From NCBI GenBank assembly GCA_029717555.1, contig JAMDHS010000072.1, positions 1 through 64,000 of the forward strand: a stretch of 64,000 bases of DNA, in the 5' to 3' direction. Under the pieces are notes generated by a model. It was not told where the DNA came from. It ran no database searches and saw nothing but the letters and a program-made list of their open reading frames with translations. Positions 27,351 to 39,727 of the stretch are shown in pieces. Origin of the DNA: Peribolospora baueri. Lineage: Eukaryota. A program made the translations under genes and the position numbers. How positions within the stretch are numbered: position 1 is the first letter of the stretch; every line of letters begins with the position of its first letter.

Positions 27351-27530
27351 ATGAGAGAGTTCTTCCAGGCGCGGGAGGTCCTGGACCAGCATACGGCACT
27401 TTCGCACCTCCGTTTGAGCCCACAGCTGCGTCTAATCGTGGATGAACGACAGGACCAGCGCCGCTACAATCTCCCCACCGTGAACGAACAGCTGGCTGCC
27501 TTTATTCCCCAGATCGCTGCCGAATACGAT
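27351..27530 (+). mobile_element. Helitron Rep/helicase fragment B
   Basis: REFFQAREVL..LRLIVDERQDQRRYNLPTVNEQLAAFIP contains the Helitron hallmark RYNLPT..E.AA.IP. Confidence 0.8.
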
Positions 27531-27576
27531 CAGCTGTTCGGTCACGGTGGGGAGATTGTAGCGGCGCTGGTCCTGT
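27449..27576. repeat. inverted repeat / fold-back: 46-bp arms (27449-27494, 27531-27576), 36-bp spacer
   Basis: The arms are reverse complements with a single mismatch. Confidence 0.95.
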
Positions 27577-28303
27577 GGTGGGAGAAGAGCTGTCCGCATT
27601 GTCGACAGGGTCGCGCTGTCCAACGCGCTAGCACGCATCACATCGGGTTGGACGGCCATCGGATCGGTCCAGCAGGACGACCGCACCGCAGCGCTGGCAG
27701 GCCCGTATAAGGTGTTGCTGATGATGAGCTGCCGACATGGTCAGCCAAGAAGTAGAGGACGACGATTCGGGGAGGTAAGAGGTTCGATACCGCAGTCTCA
27801 ACGCCGGACTGCGGAAGCCACCATGATTAGCCATCTTCGATCGAGTGCAGTCGATCGTGCGTACGGCACGCGCGAAGGGAATTCGCTCGCCGCAGCCGGC
27901 ATGGGCAGCTTCAGCCTGCAGCCTTCTCCGGGGCGCAGGGGCCGCGCGCGCCGCCAGGCCTGGAGGGGTAAAACTAACCGGAAAAGGAAAGTAGGCGTAT
28001 AAAGTTAAAAGCCAACTTATATTATAGAGAAGACATACAGTATGTCCAATAATCCGCCTTATGTCGGCATAAACCCCTCTTCAAGTATTTTTGTTACGTA
28101 AGATGCTTCGACCCGTCCTGAGCTTGTTCCGTTTGGGGAGACGCCCACGGGGAAGACGGGACAGGGTGAAAGAAATCCCGCTGCCCAGGTGAAAAAGAAC
28201 TCCCACTGCCCACGACGACGACCTTGGCCCTCGCCCTCGTCGACTGACCTTGAACTCCACTCACGTATCCACGCCGTCTGGTTACCGCTTTCCCGCGTTC
28301 AAG

Positions 28304-30641
28304 ATGGCTGGCGTCTTCAACCGCGCTACGTTCGGCCTGGTCGTCTTCGCCTTGGCGTGGAACTCACTCGCCCGCCCCTTTTTCCGCTGGCGACTCGGTT
28401 TCGGTCGCAAGCTGGACACGTTCAATCAGAGCTGCGTAAAGTACACGGGTACGTTTGGAGGCGGTCACGTCGATTGAGCTGGATAGCGGCAGTGACCTTT
28501 TCAATGCCCTTCCCCCACTTCCTCCTCGGCAGATCTAGCCGGGTGCGAGGGTGAGCAGAAGTGAAGGAGGCCTTACCATGCATAGGACCACTTCGTCGAC
28601 CGACCCCATCCTTCTTGTTACCCCGAAGACATCTATCTTCACTCCCCATCCCAGACGCTCTACCTCGCCTGTGCGCCGCCGTCTTCGCGCTTTCACTGGT
28701 TACCGGCTGTCGATAACCTCAACGCTTCTGCAAGGCCCTCTCACCCGGATGAGACCTTCCTGGCTGCCCTCCCCCTCACCTCTCTATCCCTCCCCCCTCA
28801 AAGCTCGCTTTCTGGCGTCGCACGCACGGAAGCGAAGGTGTCCTATTCTAAGCTTCCCCTGAGCGGTCTGGAGAGTTCATACGGTCCTCACGGGCTCGAC
28901 GTTTGGAGGGAGCTGGCGGAAGGCGGGCGGGGGACGGAGACGTTGAGGTTCTTCCTCGTCGACCACCAGCCTCGGAAAGATGGGCTGGACGCCGTGCACG
29001 GCGCTGACTCGGTGGTCAGACTGGTTGAGACGGAGTGAGTGCCTGTCTTCCCAACGCACGGTCTCCTTCACAACGTATCCAACGACGGCCTCGTCCATCC
29101 TCTGATTTCCTTCATGGGCATCCCTTCAGAGCTGGCTCTTCGTCCACGAAGCTCCTTCACACTTTCCAGCACCCTCTCATCCGAACGCCTAATGACGTCG
29201 CAGCCCTCGGTCCCGACAGCTTTCTCGTCACTAACGATAAGAAGAGGAAGACGCCTCGGCTGGTGAGTGTGCTGGCTGTAAGCAAACGGGGAAGAAAGCA
29301 GCGGCTCAGTGCTGCGTGTAGAGTTTCCTCGGCGTCTCCACACTTTTGCGATTCTCATAGGCAGGAGACAATCAGGGCTTCTCGCTCTGAATTCGAACTA
29401 GGGAGACGCACCATCCTCAACCATCAATCTGTCTTATTCCCTTTCCACTTCATTCTCATGCAGAGGCGTCTGCTCGAAGATGTCTTCCTCAACAGCCCTT
29501 CGGATGTGGTGTACTGCGAGCGCTCTCCCTCTGATGGGGCCACTCGGTGCAACGTCGCCATCGACGGGATCAGCGAGCCTAACGGCATCGCAAAGGTCAG
29601 CTAGCGACGCATTGTGGTAACGAAGAGCACGAAACGGGGGAAAATGTGGGCTTCTGAAACCGTCGTCTCCACACCTTTTGCCTTCCCCACCATTTCCCAG
29701 GGTCCAGGCAGCATTGTCTACGTAGCGCAGACGGCCACAGGGACCATCTCAGTTTGCGAGTTCGATGGATCCACAAAGACTCTCAAAAAGGTCGAATCTA
29801 TCGCCATTCCCGGGTTTATGCCCGTCGACAATCTCGTCATGGACCCGGACGGCAATGGCGACTTTTACGCTGCTAGTGAGTCGCCGCTTCTTTCGCCAAC
29901 AAACATGCCAACGCGACTCGCGCAAGCGTTTTTGTGTCATGCCATCACAGGATTCTCTGTCTCGGCCCATTTCTGATCATATTTTATCTTCCCGCATGTT
30001 TCTGCACCCTCCCGTGCCGAATCTGGTCCGCGAACGTCCCTTTCCGCTTTTCTATTGATAGCCTTCCCCCGGTTTTACCGATTCCTGTACAGCGTAGCGA
30101 CCAAGAACCTCGACACGCTCGTACCGACGACGATATGGCACATCTCCAATGCGACGTTGGAGCAGCGACAGAAGGGGCAGAAGTGGTCCGTCGAAAAGGT
30201 GGGGGTACCGCCGAAAGTCTCCGCCTTTTGCGCTTTGCCAGTTGACCGGATCTGGTGTCGACCTGTGCATGCCGATCGCTCGCCTTTGGTTGCTGAACCT
30301 ATTTGCTCACCGTCACGGCCCACTACTGCGGTATTTCTGACTGCCAGATCTTTGAATCCGATGGTAAGGTCGCTTCCGGCGTTACCGTCGCCGTTCGCGA
30401 GCCGCGAAGCAATTCACTCTTCCTTCACGGTGAGTCGATCGGCTCAGCCAAGGGCGGACAAAATAAATCGTTCCCAGCCCGGCCTCGCCGCCATCCGTTC
30501 GCTTCAGCTCTCTTCGCAGCACCCCGGCTCACCTTGCTGAATGTACGCGTGATCTCGCCCGTCGTCATCGCGATCGTTCTTCTCGTCCCCACCGGCTTCT
30601 CAGGCATTCTCTCAAAATCCCTTACCGTTTGTGCTCTATGA
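28304..30641 (+). CDS. paraoxonase/arylesterase-like beta-propeller protein with N-terminal hydrophobic anchor
   Basis: Exons encode YGPHGLDVW, FFLVDH, HPLIRTPNDVAALGPDSFLVTND, SEPNGIA, VYVAQT and PVDNL. Ends GILSKSLTVCAL*. Confidence 0.85.
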
Positions 30642-33600
30642 CGGATCTAGTGCGAAGGGACGTTGTAGTAGCTTTCACATTAGGAATGGAGACCTCGATG
30701 GGAATTTCCGCGGACATCCATCTCCATCCCGTTCTTCCCGTCCGCCCGCCTGCCACGTACGTCCCCTTCCTTGAGGAGACGTCGGGGCGCACTTTCAGTG
30801 CACGGCCCGCGTCGTGAAACCCGGCCGGCTTGGTCGGACGCTCGAGCTTTGTTTCGAAGCGGTTCTTTATCAAGAAGCCGACCCGAGTCGAGTCGAATTT
30901 TGGATCGTCGGCTCGACCGAGGCTGACGTGATCCGCGCGCGCGCAAGCGGGTCGTCGTCCATAGTGGCGAAGCATCTCGTGCCCGTCCGTGTGTCTCGGT
31001 AGGCTACACCACAGGTGCGAGAATCGGCCGCAGTTGGTTCAAGGACGGACGGTCGTCGGCCTTCCGATAAAGGCACGCAGAAGCCGACGTGACAAAGACA
31101 AAGGCAAAGATGATCAAGACCGTCTCAGACAAGTCTTTGTCTCGTCTTGGTACGCAGTCGCGAGTGCGAACGGTGGACGCTTACAATTGCACTCGGACCA
31201 TTCGCAGTGGATGTCGACTCGACTCGGATGGTGACACCAGCGCAGACGTACAAAAGCGAAACGCTTTCATTCGAGCCGGCCTCCTTCCTCTGCTGCCCAC
31301 GACGTCGACGTCTGCCTGCCATTCCATCCTTCACTCCCTCGCCTCGTTCATTTTCTCGCAAGTCGAAAACGACGGCGATGCCGATGACAATGGACAAAAA
31401 TAGGTCTACAATCAAGGCCCCGAACTTCCCCAGTTGTTTTGTTGTGTCGACCGGGTGGTCGAGCCCATCGATGGTCCTATAAAATGGCCTGACGATGTGG
31501 GCCGGCGAGATCCTTTCTTCCTCTTCTCACAGCCTCTCTCTTCTATCGTTTGCCTAAATCTTTCACTTTTTTTCGTTCCTCCGCTTCGCACTGACTCTTC
31601 TGAACTTTCACGCTTATTTTACCGCGCCATCGGTGAATTCGTTCCTCAAGGCAACCAAGTGAATCGCTCCCTGGGCTCTTCAGCTCTATTGTGACCCTTT
31701 CCCTCCCATTCTCGCCTGGGACTACTTACCTGCGCATGCTCTTTTTATCTCGCACTCACAGCGTCGCATCTGAACCGAACTATTATAATGCCTGGATCAA
31801 GGCGAGGAATGTCGTGGAGTCGCCAAATGAGTTCGACATCAACGCTCCCGCAGTAAGGGCACAAATGACGTTCTCAGCAACGGCTGGTCTCTCGCATCAG
31901 AGAGCATGCTGCGTCAACTTCGCCATTGTCGGATTCGCGTTTGTGGACGCGAGGATGCGTATTTTTGCCTTCTCTCAAGACAACGGCATAGTAAGTGAAA
32001 AGAAGCGTCGTTATGAGGTGCGAGCGTCGGTCCGATACATGCGTCGTCCTGTTGTTCTCGTTTATCCATCAGATCCGTTCGGCTGCCGTTCCCCTGTTCG
32101 ACTTCCTTGGACAAGATCAAGGTTGCAACACCCTCAATCTTAGCGATCCTCTTCAAGCCGTCGTTGCAGCCATCATTACGGCCAGGCTCTCCGGTATGCG
32201 GAGGATGACGTCCGACCAATCCTCCAAAACCTCCATAACGACTTGGAATGGCAATATGAGATCAAAAATCGGCCATTTCCAGAGTGGGCTGTCAAAGGAC
32301 CACCATCCACTACTGGCCCTTGTCCAAGTGGGAGCGGAGGACCGAGTCCGCATCACGGAGGAGGCACGATGGAAAGGGAAGCGACGGAGGAGATGGAGGA
32401 GAGGAAAACGCTCGGCTCGGCGGCCGGAAGTGAAGGTAGAGGGAAGCTCAGTCTCAGGGAGGACTTTCCTACTCAGGTCGGATCACGAGCGAGGGACGGA
32501 GGACGGAATGGAGGTCCACCGGAAGTCGACGCAAAGCAAGGAGCAGGCAAGTCGGGGACAGGGACGAGAGCAGGAACGAGGATGGGGCGGAGGCTGGGAC
32601 AGAGGTGCTGATGCTGGACGGGGAATTCTGGAGGAAACCTGAGCGGTGACAAAAGTATTCTTAGCTTGGGGAGGAAAGATGCGGACGCCCTGTCGGGCTC
32701 TCTTTATATACACGTTCATGAACCGGCGCAGCACCGTAGCTCCTATGTTCTAACCTCGCAACGTCACAGCTCCTTTGTCCGAGCCTATGAGCACGAGGTT
32801 CTGAGCGGAGGTTTGTGACACTCAGCCGTCTGCGCCGTCTGTTCAGCGCGCGAACCTACAAGCTCGGAGGTCCAAGTTGTGCATGGTCTGTCGCTCCGGT
32901 CGAGCACGGTCGAGCCGCGGCGCCCGACCTATGCGAATCGCCGAGTTAGTCTCTGCGTCTGATGTGCCAGCGCAGGAAACACTTCTCACGGGTGCGGGTG
33001 CTCGCCGCTGCAAAGGTCCGAAGCGGTGTTGGAACGGTCGAGGATGTACCATATCAGAAATACGGCCTGTGCGGCGTTGCGCAGGTCATTGTGCTGTCAG
33101 GGCGATTTACTGTTACACCTCCGCCACCCTCGCCCCGTTCTGGCTTTTTGGCATCGCCGTCTGCACCGACGGTAGGAGAAGGCACGAAGGCGTCCGAGGA
33201 CGTCAACACGCGCAGGCCGAGCGTGACCTCGTGGAAGGTGGGAAAGGGGCGGACGGGGCGGCCGAGTTGGGTTAGAAGGAACTGGGAGAGGCGCAGGGGA
33301 GGAGGAGATCCAAGGGAGGGAGAACTTGGGGAGCACGTCGGCCGCCGCCAAAGTCGCACCACGGACAACACGAGATGGACACGAGGGAAGTCGCTGGGTC
33401 GATTGCAACTCTGCCTGATCTAACCCCCTCTCCTCCCTCCACGTCATGTCGTCTTTTGCGTTCCCCCAGTCACGTCGGTCCTCGCTCGGATGTGTGTGGA
33501 AGCGAACCGATCAAAGTCTGATTCCTTTCTTTACCCTGCCCTGCGCAAGACGTCCATGTGTGTATCGACGATGGGATGCGCCGCGGCCACCCTCTTTTTG

Positions 33601-33965
33601 CTCCCCGTTTCACATACGCATGCGCATTCTGGAAGGCGAAGGAAGGTCGGTCGAGGGGGGACTATGTCCTAATCCACGTGGCCCTGCCCCGACCAGGCTG
33701 GGCTGGACTGCGAAGCGTGAACGATAAAGTCTATATTACCAGCGTCTGCACAGACCAGGGAGAGAGGTGAGGAGGAAGCAAACACGGGTGCGATGCGAAA
33801 GAGCTAGGGAAAGCGAGTGTGATGGGACGATGAGACGGAATGGACACGGACGGACCGAGCGAACGACGGTCAACGCCCGCTCACACGCACGCCTGACGCG
33901 GGCGAAAGAGAAAAAAAAAAACATAAAGCCCAATTTCCAGGTTGTGCACTGACGGCCGCCCGGAA

Positions 33966-35797
33966 TCAAGCCGTGCCGCCGCCACCGGCGGCCTGCTTCT
34001 TCTTCCCCTCCGTCGGACCGTCGCTACGCTCGACCGCGGCCGTCGCCTTCAAGCGCGCCGCTTCTTCGGCCCGCCTCTCTTCCTCCACCACCTCCCTGGC
34101 CACCTTCTTCGCTCCCTCCACCGCCCCCACCCTGCCTTCTTCCTCGAGCGCCTTTCGCAATGCGTCTATGCCCTCTCCCTCATATAAGATCGGAGAGAGC
34201 AGGGCCAATCGCCCGTCCGATACGTCCGGTCGCGCCGAAACGGCCAGCCAGGTGAGCAGGTTCCGTCGTAATCGGTCCGCCGCGAGGCCGTGTGCGCGCC
34301 TGTGGAGTTGGTGGAGGAAGGAGGACGAGGTGGGGAAGAGGAAGAGGTAAAAAGAAGTACGTCTTCAGCCCCAGGTCGGCTCAACTCGTGGCCCGGGTAA
34401 CTGCACACGCGGTCCGTACGCACAGTCCTCTTTCCCCGCATGCCGACACGAGTGCGGCCAAGTCGAGCGATGTGAGGTGCGGGTCGTCGAGTCGGAGCAG
34501 CCTGTCATCCTCGCGGATGTAGCCGAGGTGCTTGGCCAGCCGATGTCGTCGTCTTGAAGCGGGTCCTCGCGTCTTGAGACCGAAGGCACTGGCGGACGAA
34601 AGACAATGGGTCGGCGTGACGTACGAGTGAGTGGGAGCGACCGCGCGGAAGACAGCAAGCCGAAGCTCAAAAAAGGCATACGAAAGACGATCCCGTCTTC
34701 GCATCTCGTCCAGCAGCGTCCCACTCACTCGCAAAGGGCCATGTGTATTTGAGAGTCCATGGCCTCCCACGTGTCGGGCAAGCTCGACAAGGGCACCGAC
34801 CCTCTCCTGATCCCTTCCCAATCGATCTTCGCCGCCGCGTCCAACCCAGCAGCTCGGGCGCCTCGCAAGCTCTCGATCGCTTCCGCGCGTTTCGTCTCCG
34901 CCTTACCCTGGATCTTGTCCAGTTGGCTGGGGAGGATGCACGTCGACGGAAGGAGGCCGGGAGCGAAGAGGACGACGAGGGGAAGGATTTCCTCGAGAAT
35001 GATGAGGATGAGGATAAAGATCGGAAGCTTGCGCAGGTCGGCACGATGGGTTCGCCTGCGAGCGCGCGAGGCGAGGGATGGAAGATAAGAAAGGGGGGAT
35101 GGAAGAGAAGGGGAGAGAAATGCCCGAGCGATCATGTCGCGCATCGGGCATTGAACCGAGATGAGTCTTATCCTCGTCTTCTCCTTTCCTTGCATTTCCC
35201 GACGCCAAGCGGCCGTGTGCGGAGAGAGGGACGCCAGACAAGCTCTCCTCCTCCCCAAAAAGAGAAAATCCAAAGACCGGCCCGGACCGGAGAACGAGCT
35301 CGGCGGAGATGCAGAAGAAGCGAGCAAGCGCCGCTCTCCGACTGCCGTCCCGTCCGGCGCAGCACTCACATAAGCTGGAACTCGGCCCTCGTAGGCCTAG
35401 CCTGTACGCCCGTCTCCGCAGTCTCCTTCCGCAACCTGTCCTGGATCGCCTTGACGGTATCCCTGTCCCTCTTGATCTGCTTCAGGCCGTTCCAATAGAA
35501 GCGGAACAGGTACCTCGCGCCGGCCCACATGCGCACCACCCACGCTCTCGCCCGGGCGATGGGGCCGGCTGAGGATGGTGGTGGAGGCGAGGGTGGGGGA
35601 GGGTTTGTGGGGGCGACAAAAGGCGGCGGGGGGATGTTGGAGGGAGAGGGGGACGAAGTCGACGTGGAGGCCGGGTTTCGAGCTGACGTGGGAGGCGAGG
35701 CTAGGAGGAGGCGAGCGGCGGTGAAGGGACGGAGGTGGAGAGCGGGAGAAAGAGAACGAGAAGCGGGGATGAACGACTTGCAAGGGCGTCCGCCCAT
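33966..35797 (-). CDS. LETM1-like (Mdm38/LETMD1 family) mitochondrial protein
   Basis: Basic/Ser-rich N-terminus; LFRFYWNGLKQ..TRAEFQL/RTHRADLRKLPIFILILIILEEILPLVVLFAPGLLPSTC; HLGYIREDDRLL..L..ACGERG. Confidence 0.85.
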
Positions 35798-37351
35798 CAA
35801 CGAGACCCGCGCTGACGGGCCGTCCAACTGAAGTTGCCGTGGACCAGGATGCGCCGTCGGGCCGGCCGGGTACGAAGCGGAGGGGACGGCCACGCCGGTC
35901 AAGCCGCGAGAGAAAGACGGGGAGACGGGATAATAGGAAGAGCGGCCGATGGGGAGGGCATCTCCAAGAGTTAACCGTCGAGGTGACTTGACGCACGCCC
36001 CTCGTAACCTGTGTCCATCAGGCGACGACGTCAGAGATGAAAAGCGGGTGGAGGGCGGTGAGCCGAAAACACATTTTCTTCTAGCTTGCGCAAAGTTCCA
36101 TCATCCCTAAACCTCGAAAGGACAGGCGCGGCGCACAAGCCCGCACGCCCGCTATGGCCTATGGGTCAAGTGACAACGACTCGCTCACCTGGGACTCCAA
36201 GCGTTTGCTGCCCTCGTCGCCATCATGGTGATAGGGACTGGACAGGACGGGTGGACGAGGAAGAGTTGTCTTCGCCAGCTCGCGTGGACGGACAACCCTT
36301 CTTCACGAGTTTCCGCGACTGCGGCGGTGCAGTCTCATTCTCCGACGACAGCCGGTCAGTCGGTCGGCGACGGCCGCCTATCACCGCGACGGGTCTCAAG
36401 AAAAGGGAACAAAAGAAGCGGCGGCGGCTTGAGACGGGGAACAAAAGAAGAGAAGGCAGAGCAGCGAAAAATGGTATATTCCACGTAAAGACAGACGAAG
36501 CGGGCGCGGATTGGGACTAGATCGAGTCGAGTCGAGTCGATCCCGGTCGGTCGGTGGGGTAGGGGGCGGTGAACGCACCAAGAAAGGTGTGGGAGGAGAG
36601 AAAGGGGAAGGGGAAGGGGAAGGGGAAGGGGAAGGGGGGGCAGAAAGTTGGTCGAACGGGGGAACGGACGATGTACGAAGACTACGACCGAGTTGGACGA
36701 TCGAGTTCGGATGGAGGAGGAGGTGAGACGAGCGAAGGCTCGGGAGAAGGGTGGATAAGACTGCGGGAAAGGAGGGCAGCTGACGGGCGGATGGACGGCT
36801 ATAGGCACCACCAGGCTCGACGAGACGAGACGAGTGTGTATAGTCTGGCGAAGAAAGACATGGATAGAATAAGAACGGCGGAGACAGGAAAAGAGAGAAG
36901 AGGGGCGGAAAGAAAGGGTTGAAAAAGGGAGGCTTGAGGTAAGACGAAAAGGGGAAACGAGATGGATGACGAAAGGGGGTAATCCGGAGGTGGCAAGGCA
37001 AGAGAATGCCTATACGAGACGGCACGGCGTAACACGTTCGAACAGGATGGGATGGGATGGGATGGGATGGCACGGCGAATGAGATGGGGTGGGATAAAAT
37101 GGAACGCGATCCGATGAGGCTTGGACGAAACGGAATGGCAAGGTCGGGAGATCTTGCGACGAAAACGGAATGGATTGCAGACGGGGGATGCAGAGATCGG
37201 AGACGACGGCGTGGGCCGAGCCGGACGGGGAGTCGACGATCTTGGCGAGTCAAGGGGGGAAAGTCGGCGAGGAGAAAGAGAGGATGGACGGGGCGATCGT
37301 GCTCGCATTCGATCTTCTGCCACCTTCCCACCGTCGAACGGCTCACTCGAC

Positions 37352-39727
37352 TCAAATCCCGCCATCCAGAACACCCCTCACGTCATCCACATGGCCAAGG
37401 TCGGCCAAGAAGGGGCACAGGTCGGTGAGCTCGGTGTCGTGAGGGTCGTTGAACCAGGAGGAGATGGGCACGGCGTTGTTGGGGTGGAAGATGTACGAGG
37501 CGGGAGAGTTGTCGATGATGATCGTGTCCGAGATGTCTCGACCGAGTTGGGAGAGGTCCTGTTTCGGCCATGCCGGCAGGGAAAGAAGCGAAAGAGGTCA
37601 AAAAAGGTGAACCACACACAGGGTGGGAGACGGCCGATAGCAAAGCACGGCGCATCTTTTCGTCCATCTCACCTTGACATAGTTTCCCCTGTGGTTAAAG
37701 CAGCTCTCCCTGAAAAGACGATGCCTGACGACCTTGTGGATGTCGAGCATGTCCAGCACCGGGTCCGCATACTTGGCCAGCGAGGCGGTGAAGACGACCA
37801 CCTCGTAAATCTCTCCCATCTTCTGAAGGAACGCGTCCACGCCCGGTCGCTTGATCACGTAGACGTTGTGCACCTGGTTCTCGATCTCCACCGGCACGAT
37901 GAAGTCGGCGGATTGGATCATCTATCGGATCGCCAGCGGTCGTGCGAGAAGGGAAGAAGAGTCAGAGCGAGGTCGACGGCCGAACCTCCACCTCCACCGT
38001 CAAAACGCCCCAAACTTACCTTGAAGCTGCTGTGCACGAGCGTCTCGTCCAAGTCGAGCACGAGGCACTTTCGTCCCTCGTCCATCGGGAGGAGTGGCGC
38101 GAGAAGAGGCTTTGGTTGTCCGTCCTGCGGAAAAGACAAGCTCCAAGGGTCAGCGGTCATTCTCGCCTTTCGCAAAAGCCAGAACCAGATCGATGCTGCA
38201 TCCCGACAACGCTTCGCAGAAGGGGGCCCCTCGCAAAGGAAAGAAGAATGGCGCAATCACCTCTCCGATAGGAATTCCCATACCGCCCATCATAATGAGC
38301 CTCCGCTCTTCATCGTCCTCTTCCTCCCCTTCAATCTCCTCCTCCTCTTCTTCTTCCTCCTCTTCCTCTTCCTCTGCTTCTCCCTCCCCGACACTCTCCT
38401 GCCGAGCTTCAGCGCCGTCATCGGCCTCGCCTCCATCTTCGTACGACGTCGCGGCGCCCGCTCCTTCCGCACCCGTGTCGGCCGCGCCGATCACGTGGCG
38501 GCCCTGCGAAGGCTGGCGAGGATGATGGGCGTGATGGCGGTCAGGGTGGGGTACGTAAGAGGAACCGGGGGGCACGACGGCGGCAGAGGTCACGTCGCCC
38601 GTCTCCTCGCGGGGAAGGATGGTGCCCCCGCCCGGGCTCGTCGCCGCACCGGCACCGGTGCCGGAGGGTTGCTTGATCGTCCCACCGGGCGCGGCGGAAG
38701 AATCGATGGCAGCGCCCGCCTTGGCCTTGTAGGAAGGGTCGGAAGTAGACGAGGAGGGGCCGTTGCCTTGGTGGCGCCTCGCGGCGTCGGCTCTTCGAGC
38801 AGGATCGACGTTGGTGCTGTCGGCCAGCGGTACGCCCGTTCGAACGGCGGCCTGCTCACCGACGGCGCCGTTGCCATTCGCACGACCCTTCTCCTTCAAC
38901 TCCATCTCCTCCTCCGTCTGCTGCTGCTGCTTCTGTCGCTGCTTCTTCCCAGACGGAGTACGCCTGGCCTTACCCTTGTCGCCGGCGACGTCGTCAAAGA
39001 CGCCCTGCTGGGCAGCGGGAGAGACGCAGGGAAAGAGAATGGAGAGCAAGCCGCGCTTCTTCTTCTTCGTACGATTCACGTCCGTCGGCGGCGCCGGCTC
39101 TTTCACGCTCTCCCTGCTCTTCGACGCCTTTTGTCCGGGACGCGCCTTGGCACCGGGAAGAGGAGGACGTTGCTCTGCGCCTTCGCTCTTGGCCTCGAGA
39201 GCGGCGCCGACGGCCGCCCCTGCAGCTGGAGGGCCGGCGGCGGCGGCGGACTCGTTGGTCAGCGTCGTCGAGCCGTCCGTGGGATGGCTTTCCTCAGCCG
39301 CCGGGGGCGGCGGTGCGAGCGCGGAGGACGAAGGATCGGCGGCCTGGCCACTCACGCCAGTACCTGTCCCGGCACCGTCGGCGGCGCCTACGAGTCCCGG
39401 CTTGGCTCCTCGTCTCGCCTGCCCCTGAGCGGCGGCGGCCTGCTCTCCCTGTCTTGCGGCATCGCTCACGCTGTCCCCTCCCGCAGCAGCGCCGGCAGCG
39501 GCAGCGGCGGGGGCCTTCTTCTTCTTCTTCTTTGTGGTACCGCCCGGCGCGGCGTTTTCACTGGTCGCCGGCGTGGGCGCAGCCGTGGACTTTTTCTTCC
39601 TCGTCGGCCGCGCGGGGCCGGCGACGCCTGACCGTCCGATCGGTTGGCCGGGCTGGACCTGGGTGACGATGCTGGAAAGCACGGAGGGCTGGCTATCGTC
39701 CACTTGGGTGATGGGCGAAGACGACAT
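37352..39727 (-). CDS. PSR1: Psr1/Psr2-type small CTD (NIF/HAD) phosphatase
   Basis: [44 protein letters not shown] and RLFRESC..GNYVK. An LSILFPC motif lies in the low-complexity N-terminus. Confidence 0.92.

Noticed and set aside
27731..27800. tRNA-like GGTTCGATACC
   Set aside because: The T-stem and cloverleaf do not pair.
37121..39631. 836-aa plus-strand ORF
   Set aside because: Antisense shadow of the GC-rich PSR1-like gene; non-ATG start, R/G-rich, no motifs.
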